Below, one piece after another: positions 1 to 34,574 of a stretch of 64,000 nt of DNA (positions are counted from its first letter, which is position 1; the number at the start of each line of letters is the position of its first letter). The notes beneath the pieces were generated by a model that was not told the DNA's origin, made no database searches, and saw only the letters and a program-made list of their open reading frames with translations. The stretch spans positions 6,216,613 through 6,280,612 of the forward strand of contig NC_092392.1 in assembly GCF_030028105.1 (NCBI RefSeq). Reading direction: 5' to 3'. Both the position numbers and the translations under genes were made by a program. Source of the stretch: Mobula birostris (Eukaryota).

Positions 1-246
1 AATAATGCTAGCAATAGTCAGCAAGCCAGTCAGCATTCACCAAGACAGTGAGTTAATGCTTCATGTTGAAAAGAGGCTGGAGTTCCAGGAAGAATGACAC
101 AAAAATTGGTGGGTACTGATTTGGAGAGGGCAGTGAAGACTTAATCATGACTGATTAATCTACTTACACTGCTTCCAGGTAAATGAAGTCAAAGGAAAAT
201 ATGAACAAAAACATTGGAATAAAGTACAATGAAAAATAAAATCTCA

Positions 247-24857
<24,611 letters not shown>

Positions 24858-25489
24858 GACAAAGTGCTTGGAGATTGCAAGCACAATCACTCTGAGCAGA
24901 TGTTGCTCATAAATCAAGCTCACAGCAAGTGTGCTTTGGTTACAAACACTCCAGTTCTACAAAGCCCAGGAATGGGTGACATTCCCCAGCTCAGTATAGA
25001 GGCTTCAGTTGCACCAGACTGATCCCTACATGTCAGCAGCAGAAATAAGTCACTCCACCCCACCATGCTGATCAAAAAGTATCCTAGACTCCTCTGTATC
25101 CTGTCTTTCACTAACCTTTCATCCCCCCCCCGCCCCAAATCAGGAGTCCTTTCCTCTGCCTCTGTATTCAAAAACATTGCTTCCAATCCACTCTGAGGAA
25201 CAGCTTCAAGGTCCCACCACCTCCTTCCCCCTTACATTAGGGGAATCAAAATCATTACGAGAGGGTTAGATCTGTCATGATCTTAATGAGAGAAGCAGAC
25301 TCAATGGGCGAGTCATCCTTAATTCTTATATTTTTTTATGACTCACTTGAGGGGAAAATAATCACCTCGACTTCATTTTTGTAACCCCTAAATCCAGATT
25401 CCCCTACAAGAGAGACATCCCCTTCAAACCCTCATCAAATCTTATATTTTACTCAGTCCCCTCCCTTGAAAACTCCAGCCATTACAAAC

Positions 25490-25852
25490 CTCCCCAAAAC
25501 CCAACAAAAAACCGATTATAGTGCCTCCTGCCCCTCTGTTTCACCAGCAAACCCCCTCAATCCCCCATAACCAAACAAAAGCCCATTATAGTGCCTCCTG
25601 CCCCTGTTTCACCAGCAAACCCCTCTCAATTCCCCCATAACCCCACAAAAACCCATTATAGTGCCTCCTGCCCCTCTGTTTCGCCAGCAAACCCCTCTCA
25701 ATTCCCCTATAACCCCACAAAAACCGATTATAGTGCCTCCTGCCCCTGTTTCACCAGTAAACCCCCTCAATCCCCCCATAACCAAACAAAAGCCCATTAT
25801 AGTGCCTCCTGCCCCTCTGTTTCGCCAGCAAACCCCTCTCAATTCCCCCCCC
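25490..25852. repeat. About 70-bp minisatellite, 5 copies
   Basis: attatagtgcctcctgcccct anchors at 25515, 25585, 25655, 25727, 25796. Confidence 0.92.
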
Positions 25853-26024
25853 CATTCCCTCTGGTAACTGGTGGCGTTAGTGTGAAGCAATGGCCTGACC
25901 TACCCAATGCACACCTCCTATCTCCTCTCCATGCTCACCTTCACTCTCTCCATCCTCCCTCTGCCCTCCTCCTCTTACCTCTCACTTTCACTCTCTCCTT
26001 CCTTTCTTTCATTCATTCACTCAC

Positions 26025-26250
26025 TTAACTACGACCTCTCCTCCCCACACGCATCGCCGTGCCACCGGAAGTGAAGCACGCTTCCGCTGGCAGACGTCAC
26101 GACAGCGTCGCCCGGGCGATTTGAACAGCAGCGGTAAACGCGGGAGCCGGAGCTGCTCACAGGCTCCCTCTGCCGCCCGGACACATGTACTACACGTCCT
26201 AGCCCGCGTTCTGGACCTCCAGTCCGGAGATTCCACCTCGTCCGCGCTGC
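26025..26250 (-). promoter_or_regulatory. CpG-island promoter and probable non-coding first exon of TMEM209
   Basis: CpG-rich patch; ETS motif CCGGAAGT at 26065-26072; CRE-like GACGTCA near 26094; minus-strand donor AA|gtgagt at 26025. Confidence 0.7.
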
Positions 26251-26257
26251 AGCCTAA

Positions 26258-26690
26258 AACATAGTCATACTTTATTGATCCCGGGGGAAATTGGTTTTCG
26301 TTACAGTTGCACCATAAATAATAAATAGTAATAAAACCATAAATAATTAAATAGTAATATGTAAATTATGCCAGGAAACAAGTCCAGGACCAGCCTATTG
26401 GCTCAGGGTGTCTGACCCTCCAAGGGAGGAGTTGTGAAGTTTGATGGCCACAGGCAGGAATGACTTCCTATGACGCTCTGTGTTGCATCTCGGTGGAATG
26501 AGTCTCTGGCTGAATGTACTCCTGTGCCCAACCAGTACATTATGTAGTGGATGGGAGACATTGTCCAAGATGGTATGGAACTTGGACAGCATCCTCTTTT
26601 CAGACACCACCATCAGAGAGTCCAGTTCCATCCCCACAACATCACTGGCCTTACCAATGAGCTTGTTGATTCTGTTGGTGTCTGCTACCC
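26258..26690 (-). mobile_element. Young Rex-like LINE 3' fragment next to the TMEM209 promoter
   Basis: ORF 26395-26730 (RLIPPRCNTERHRKSFLPVAIKL); 3' UTR nearly identical to 37475-37645; ACTATG-type tail. Confidence 0.75.
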
Positions 26691-26768
26691 TCAGACCTTC
26701 ACAAACCTTCTCTTTGTGCCCTGCCAGCAACTACCGCAGGCCAAAGGCGAACTGCTACTGGCTGCAGC

Positions 26769-29700
26769 TTGGTTGGTGGCATCCGTTAGTCTCGCGAGAC
26801 CATGGATCTGCGCCTGGAAGGTCTTGCTTCAGCCTGTGTTAGAGCAGCATCTGTTGTGGCTGTAGAGGCCCACACAGGAGTGACAGTCTCGGCTGCAGCG
26901 ACTGCACTCGAAGGCGCTGTCCTCCAGTGTAATCTTGGTGCTGTTTTTCCGACGAGCGCACTTTTCTTCAGCAGCAATCCTCAGCTTCTCTTCTCCTCTT
27001 TTTAGACCTCTGCGTAGTTCCAGCCTCCAGTGAGAGCGATCGCTTGCAATGTCCTCCCACCTCTCGACATTCATTTTCAGTGACTACAGTATATGCCTCT
27101 CTTGCAGACATCTTTGAAATGAAGATGGGGCCGCCCTTGTGCTCTCTTGCCGGAGGCCAGTTCCCCGTACAGCAGGTCTTTTGGGATCCTCCCGTCTGAC
27201 ATGCGGTGTACGTGGCCCAGCCAGCAGAGACGGCGTTGTTGGAGCAGGGTGAAGAGGCTGGGTAACTGGGCGCGGGCCGGGACCTCATTGTTGGTGACTC
27301 AGTCAGTCCACGTGATGTCCAGGATGTGTCTCAGGCTGTGAAGGTGGAAGGCATTGAGACGCTGCTCTTGTCTGTAGTAGAGGCTCCAGGTCTCGCTGCC
27401 GTAAAGCAGTGTGCTGAGGACGCAGGCCCTGTAGAATGCAACTTTGGTGTGTGTCATCAGCTTTCTGCTCTCCCAGACTCTCTTTGTCAGCCTGGGAAAT
27501 GTTGAGGCTGCTCGTCCGATCCGTCTGTTGATCTTGGAGTCTAGGGAGAGGCTGTCCGTGATGGTGGAGCCAAGGTATGTAAACTCGTGAACTACCTCCT
27601 GCTCGTAGTTGTCGATGATAATGGCAGGGGGGTGCTCAACGCTTTAGCCCAACACGTTGGTCTTCTTCAGGCTGATGGTCAAGCTGGAGTCCTGACAGGT
27701 TCTTGAGAAGCTGTCCATGAGGTGTTGCAGTTGCTCTTCAGAGTGTGTTGCCAGTGCCGCGTCGTCTGCAAACAACATATCCCTGATGAGTACTTCACGA
27801 ACCTTGGTTTTCGCCCTCAGCCGGGACAGTCTGAACAGCCTCCCGTCCGATCTGGTGTGGAGGTAGACACCATCAGTTGATGTTCCAAAGGCGTGCTTCA
27901 GCATGACTGCGAAGAAGATGCCAAACAGGGTGGGGGCAAGCACACAGCCCTGCTTCACACCATTGCGGATGTTCAAGGCCTCCGAAAAAGAGCCGTCGAA
28001 CTGAAAGACGCCTTTCCTGTCTGTGTGGAATGACTGAGCTATCCTGAGGAGCCTCGGGGGGCAACCAATTCTGGCGAGGATTTTGAACAGGCCGTCTCTG
28101 CTCACGAGGTCGAAGGCCTTTGTAAGGTCAATGAAAGCGATGTAGAGTGGTTGTCTTTGCTCTCTGCATTTCTCTTGTAGCTGTTGAAGGGAGAAGATCA
28201 TGTCAATTGTAGAGTGTTCTGACCTGAAACCGCACTGAGACTCGGGATATACCCTTCCGGCTATTTCCTGCAGTCTGTTCGGGACCACGCAGGCGAAGAC
28301 CTTCCCAACGATGCTCAGCAAGGAGATTCCCCTGTAGCTATTACATTTGCTTCTGTCCCCTTTGTTCTTATATATGGTGACAATGTTGCAATCCCTCATG
28401 TCTTGCGGCATTGCTCCCTCTATCCAGCACTGACACAGTAGTTCGTGCAGGTGGTTTAACAGGACATCTTTTGCACATTTGAAGGCCTCTGGTGGAATGC
28501 CATCCAGTCCTGGTGCCTTCCCAGAGGGCAGGCTGTCGATAGCTTTACTCAGCTCTTCGGCAGTCGGCAATGCATCAAGTTCCTCCATGACAGGCAGGCT
28601 TTCCACGGCATCTAGCGCGCTGTCCGAGATGCTGTTTTCTCTGGAGAAGAGTTCAGAGTAATGCTCCACCCATCTCTCCATCTGCTTGCCTTTGTCATTG
28701 ATGGTCTCGCCTGTTATGGTTTTCAACAGTGCTGTCTTGCTCTGGGTTGGCCCGATGGCTTTCTTGATCCCCTCGTACACTCCACGGATGTTGCCTGTGT
28801 CAAATGATGACTGAATGCTTTCGCAGAGTTGTAGCCAGTCGTCATTTGCACAGCGCCTGGCTGTTTCCTGGGCCTTGCTTCTTGCTGATCTTAGCGCTTG
28901 CAGTGTTGCCTGGGAGGGGTGGAGTTTGTGCTCTAGTAGTGCAACACGCTTTACCTCGATGACAACGGTGAGCTTACTTGAGCTCTTCCCGAAGGCCTTG
29001 AGTGCAGTGCTGTGGATAGTGTCCCTGAGAGAGTCCCATCTCTGCTGAGCATTTGCTTCTGGTGGGTCTGCAAGGAGAGCATCCTCCAGTGACCTGGTGA
29101 ACTCTGCAGCTTTGTCTGGGTGTTGTGTCTTACTGGCATCGATGTGCTGCTTGCCTGGAGGCTTGGTGCAGTGCATCTTCTTCGGCCGAAGTCTGATCTT
29201 GCAGCAAACCAGAGAGTGATCCGTGTCGCAGTCGGCATTCTGAAAGGAGCGAGTCATGAGCACGTTTCTCAGGTGACGGCGTCTTGTGATTATCAGGTCT
29301 AGTTGGTGCCAGTGTTTGGAGCGGGGATGCCACCTAGACGGTTTGCACTGAGCTTTGGTCTGGAAGTAGGTGTTGGTGACACACAATTCGTGGAGCATGC
29401 AAAGCTCGAGCAGTCGTTGCCCGTTGTCCTTCATGCTGCCAATCCCATACCGCCCCAGGCAGCTTGGCCAGGAGTCGTGGTCGGTGCCGACTCTGGCGTT
29501 GTAGTCGCCAAGTAGCGGCAACCATTCCTGACTTGGGATCTCCTGTATCATCATTGAGAGCTGGTCGTAGAACTTGTCCTTTGTGTCTTGTGTGGAGTAG
29601 AGGGTTGGGGCATAGACGCTGACAAGGTTGACAGGCCTGTCGGATGTGTGGAGTCAAAGTGAGAAAATCCACTCTGTCCCTTTCTCGCTAGGCTCTACCA

Positions 29701-30793
29701 TCTTCAGCAGCGAGCTCTTCACAGAAAAGCCGACACCATGCTCTCTGGTCTTGTCTGAGCCCTTCCCCTGCCAGAAGAAGGTATAGTCTCTTTCACATAG
29801 GGTTCCCGATTCTCAGAGACGTGTCTCTTGGAGCGTTGCAATGTCCACTTCCAGTCTCGACAGTTCATTGTTAATCACTGCTGTCTTGCGTGTGTCGCTG
29901 ATCTCCCAAAGGTCATCTGATATTCCAGTGGTCATGGTCCATATATTCCAGCATCCTAGTCTGAGTGCTGGCTTCTTTCTTTGTCTTCTAGTTGTGCTTG
30001 GTGCAGCGTTTACAGTCCGCAGTTCGGGCTACTTGTATCTCTAAGCCCCACGCACCCAGTGGAGCGGGCAGACTGTGGCGGGACAGCCCCTAACAGGCTG
30101 GGGGCTGCCCAGCTTGAGGCGGGCAGTAGCTGTCCAGTGAGACGCGACGGTCTCTCCCTCCGTCGAAAGCAACCCCTGGCACCTTGCTCTACGCCAGTCG
30201 AGCACAGGCTTATAACTGGTAGACTGCTGCTTTCCGTGTTGTGCTGTCGCGGTGAGGCGACGCTGGAGTGTCCTCTCCAGGGCGCAGGCTTGGGCAGGGT
30301 TGTATGGAGGACCGGCAGTTGCCCATGCTGCAAGTCTCCCCTCTCCACAACACCGATGTTGTCCAAGGGAAGGGCAAGGGCCGATACAGCTTGGCACCGG
30401 TGTCGTTGCAGGAGTTGCCAGAATGAGGTTGAAGGCAACATCGGACTGCCTTAGGGTCTCCAGCTGTGGATTTGTCCTCAGGGTTTACTCCCGAAGCCTT
30501 TCCCATTAGTGGGTATGGCCGCAAGGCAGCGGAGGTCTGAAATCAGAGTTTCCCTCTCTTAGATGGACTGCCTTCCCAGGCTGACGAGCTGCTTCTACCC
30601 GAAGCGCTGGTTTTAAGGCACCAGGAACCGCCTTCGCCCCTTCTCCTGTCAGTAGAAACAGTTCCACCGGGCTTAGGGGCTAAACCAGTCGAGAAGGCCG
30701 GGAGTTGGACTTGGTTGTCAGAGGCTATTTGAGGCGCATGCCGTGAGGAGCTTGAACCCACTACCACCCCTCGGCTTGACGACCTTGGAACCA
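26769..30793 (-). mobile_element. Full-length but disrupted RTE-clade LINE (AP endonuclease + reverse transcriptase)
   Basis: ORF 27644-29554 has LGDYNARVG, DTDHSLV, YRGISLLS, QGCVLAP and LFADD; upstream WNIWTM endonuclease motif broken by stops; C-terminal Cys/His motif in 26829-27074; 9-bp TSD GGCTGCAGC at 26760-26768 and 30794-30802. Confidence 0.92.
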
Positions 30794-30884
30794 GGCTGCA
30801 GCACACGGCTATATAATAATAATGATTCACTTAACCCCAAGTGTTATTGACTTTTCCGCTAACACCAAAAGAACCCTAAATGAA

Positions 30885-32220
30885 GGAATTGAATTGACTT
30901 TATTTCTTACATCCTTCACATACATGGGAATAAAAATCTTTACATTACGTCTCCATCTAAATATGAAATCATAGTAATTTATAATAAATAGAACAGTCAA
31001 TGTAATATAGAGTATACTCAAATCAGTGTGAGTTCATCAGCCTGATGGCCTGGTGAAAGAAGTTGTCCCGGAGCCTGTTGGTCCTGGCTCTTATGCTGCG
31101 GTACCGTTTCCCGGATGGTAGCAGCTGGAATAGATTGTGATTGGAGTGACTTGGGTCCCCAGTGATCCTTCGGGCCCTTTTTACACACCTGTCCTTGTAA
31201 ATGTCCTGCATCATGGGGAGTTCACAACTACAGATGCGCTGGGCTGTCCGCATCACTCTCTGCAGAGCCCTGTGATTAAGGGAGGTACAGTTCCCATACC
31301 AGGCAGTGATGTAGCCAGTCAAGATGCTCTCAATTGTGCCCCTGTAGAAAGTTCTTAGGATTTTGAGCCCATACCAAACTTCCTCAACCGTCTGAGGTGA
31401 AAGAGGCGCTGTTGTGTCTTTTTCACCACACAGCTGGTGTGTACAGACCTCGTGAGGTCCTCGGTGATGTGGATGCCGAGGAACTTAAAGCTGTTTACCC
31501 TCTCAATCCCAGATACATTGATGTCAATAGGGGACAGTCCATCCCCATTCCTCTTGTAATCCACAACCAGCTCCTTTGTTTTTGCAACATTGAGGGAGAG
31601 GTTGTTTTCTTGACGCCACTGTGTCAGAGAGATGATTTCTCCCCTGTAGGCCACCTCATTATGGTTTGAGATTAGGCCAATCAATGTCGTATTGTCAGCA
31701 AGTTTAATTAGCTGATTGGAGCTGTGGGTGGCGATACAGTCATGGGTATACAGGGAGTAAAGGAGGGGACTCAGTACGCAGCCCTGAGGGGCTCCTGTGT
31801 CGAAAGATAGAGGGTTGGAGGTGAGGGAGCCCACTCTTACAACCTGCCGGTGATCTGACAGGAAGTCCAGGATCCAACTGCACAAGGCAGGGTCAAGGCC
31901 AAGGTCTCTGAGCTTCTTGTTGCGCCTGGAGGGAATTATAGTGTTGAATGCTGAACAGTAGTCCAAGGACAGCATTCTCACATAAGCATCCTTCTTCTCC
32001 AGGTGTGTAAGGACAGTATGTAGAGCAGTGGCTATTGTGTTGTCTATCGATCGGTTGTGTCGGTAGATGAATTGTAGGGGGTCCAGTATGGGTGGTAGCA
32101 AGCTGCAGATGTAATCCTTGACCAGCCTCTCAAAGCATGCGCTTATTATTGAGGTGATTGCGAAAGGACGCCAGTCGTTCGGGCATGGTACCTTGGTCTC
32201 TTTTGGTACAGGGACAAAGG
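30885..32220 (-). mobile_element. 5'-truncated Rex1/Babar-like LINE (RT C-terminal half and 3' tail)
   Basis: ORFs 31355-32101 (LDPLQF, SAFNTI, GAPQGCVLSPLLYSLYT) and 31023-31322, frameshifted; CAATT-repeat tail. Confidence 0.85.
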
Positions 32221-32486
32221 TGATTAAATCCTATAGTAAAAAAGCAAAATATTCTTCCGCGACAAATTTCTAAAATAAAATTCACTGTTGTATTTCCCCA
32301 ATAGTGATGACATAAAGACATATTAACAGAAATAAATTGTTTATTAGCAATTCTCATCTCATATCGCCATGCAACACCTACAATACACCATAAGTCAGTA
32401 CCTCCGCCTTGATGGTAGCAACGAGAAGAGGACGATGGGTGCCTTAATGACGGACACCGCCTTTTTGAGGCATCACCTTTTGAAGA

Positions 32487-33672
32487 TGTCATGGTGCAGT
32501 CCGTGAAGTCCGCATTCCAGTTCACAGTCCGGTCTATGGGCTCAGAACTCCGGGTCTTCCAGCTGTCCCTTTTTTGGTTGAGTTAATCATAGGCACCTGA
32601 TTCCCATCTTGGGGCTTGGAATATAAGTGGCCTTGGGGACAACTGTGAGCTATTGGTTTGTCTTGTCAAGATTTCCTGGGAGCAACCTGCTGGTGGAAGG
32701 CTAGAGCGGCCATTTGCCATCTTTAGGCTGTGTTGGAGAGCCATCGCTTCATGGAGCCTTGCTGTCAGTAGTTGGAACTGTCTTTACGGTATGGATTCTG
32801 CTGTTTCCCGGGCCAGCTGAGTGGCTACCAGCCACTCTGAGTTAGGTAGGGATCCGGCTGTTTCCGTAGCCAGCTGAGGTTGCTGGCTGAACTGTGACTT
32901 GGAGCAACCCCGATGCAGAGATGGAACTGTCTATCGTTCTTTGGTGTTTGTGTCTTCTTGTCCTCGCCTCCGTGGAGTAAGTCAGGCTGTTCTGCCGTTG
33001 CCCTGTGGGGGATCTATCTTGTCTTGTCCTCACCTCCGTGGGATAAGTCAGGCCATTCTGCCGTTGCCCTGCGGGGTGGTCCTGTCTTTTCCTCTGTAGA
33101 GTAAGTCCAGCCGTTCTGCCATTACCCGACGGATGGTCCTGTCCCACCTTGGTGTGGAGATGAAGTTGAGTCCCAGCTTGAATAAGTATAAGTCCTGGCT
33201 CTATGTCTATGTACTGTCCTGTCTCATGTTGGTGTTGTGTTAAAGATGAGTCCTGGCTTTTCAAAGGATAAGTCCCGGCTCCATATTGATGTGCAGTTCC
33301 CAGTCTGTCTCTGAGCTCCAGCCTCTGAGTTATCACCCTCCGCATTCCAAGAGCCAAGACCTCAGACACATCCTGTCCTGTAGTCATGTCATATCCTTGC
33401 CTGATTCTGGGGTCCGAGCCGGAGGCAAGACCCAGGTCCTGGGTCCTTGTCCAGTCTCTGGCTCAGAACCCAAGCCCAGGCTCCTAGCTCATAGTTCCTT
33501 GTCTGGGTTCCCTGTTTCTTGTCCGTGTCCTAGCCCAAGTCTGCGTTCTTGTCCCTGCTCCTTGTCTGTATCCTGTCACGTCCCTACTCTAGTCAGGTCC
33601 TGTTCCTTGTACTTCAGTGTCCGTGTCTTGCATTTGGGTCCGTTCCCAACGCCCCCCCCCCCCATTGTGACA
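32487..33672. mobile_element. Solo LTR inserted into a Rex-like fragment
   Basis: TGTCA...TGACA inverted termini; 5-bp TSD GAAGA/GAAGG; the host repeat continues across the insertion. Confidence 0.7.
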
Positions 33673-34439
33673 GAAGGTGTGCTCGGTGCTGGGGAGGCCG
33701 GTTCTCGTGAAGGAGCTGGCTGAGTTTCCGATCCTGTGCAGTGACCCCCTCCACACCACACGGTGATTGAACTAGTCAGGATGTTCTCCACGATACATCT
33801 GTAGAAATTTGCGAGTATCTTTGGTGATTTACCAAGCAAGTCTCTTCGAACTCCCAATGAAATATAGCCGCTGCCTTTGCAATTGCATAAATATGTTCGG
33901 CCCAGAATACCATCCTGCTCAGATTATATATGAATCCTGATTCAATTGTTGATTCTGAAACGAATAACTCGCGTAAATTCAGGGGCAACTAGGGAAGGTC
34001 CGTTTCGTGTTGTGACTTCCTACTCCCGTCCGCACAACTTTGTTGGACGGAATTCAAGAAAATTGTCCTTATCCTCTTAAAAATCCCATTTACACCCTGC
34101 CAGCACTCCCCAATAAAGACTAGCTCTGGCTGAAGGCAAGCCACCGCTGTCTGGAGCACACGGCTATATACAGTAATTATTTGTTATCAGATAATCCAGT
34201 AACCCCAATTCATTACTGAATGAATTGATTGTATACCCCTATGTGTCCAATTTATTGGTACGTCATCAAGTCATTATGTTGGTGTATATTGGTACTGTGA
34301 ACCATTAGGGTTTTTTCCCCTGGAAAAGTCAACAGTTTTGATATAATATATCATAACATATTGTGTGGGAATGTCTCCAGCTTTTCGTAGATTGATGTCA
34401 GTCATTAATCTCCGGACAAGGAGGCTGTCCCTCTCCTCT

Positions 34440-34455
34440 CGCCCTTTAAATGTTT
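34440..34455 (+). promoter_or_regulatory. TATA-like element of the CPA2 promoter
   Basis: TTTAAAT about 60 nt upstream of the ATG; position only. Confidence 0.35.
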
Positions 34456-34509
34456 CCGGGACTTTGCGTCTGTCCACAAGTCTCTGTTCTATGTTCTTAA
34501 GACTTGACC

Positions 34510-34574
34510 ATGAGGAAGCTTTTGCTTTTCTCGGCTCTGCTGGTGGCCGTTTGCGCTCAAGGAGGTTTCGAGGG
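34510..34574 (+). CDS. CPA2: CPA2 exon 1 (signal peptide [22 protein letters not shown])
   Basis: accATG; GG|gtgagt. Confidence 0.9.

Noticed and set aside
25591-26028. Repetitive Pro-rich ORFs (also 38187-38455, 43167-43558)
   Set aside because: These are translations of minisatellites.
27644-29554. 636-aa RT ORF as a novel or domesticated host gene
   Set aside because: It is the middle of an RTE LINE ORF, with stops upstream, frameshifts downstream and a TSD.
32842-33723. 181-aa and 145-aa ORFs
   Set aside because: They lie within a solo LTR with internal repeats and show no gag or pol motifs.
34365-34385. PTF1 site (TC-box TGGGAA plus E-box) in the CPA2 promoter
   Set aside because: The E-box reads CAGCTT, not CANNTG.
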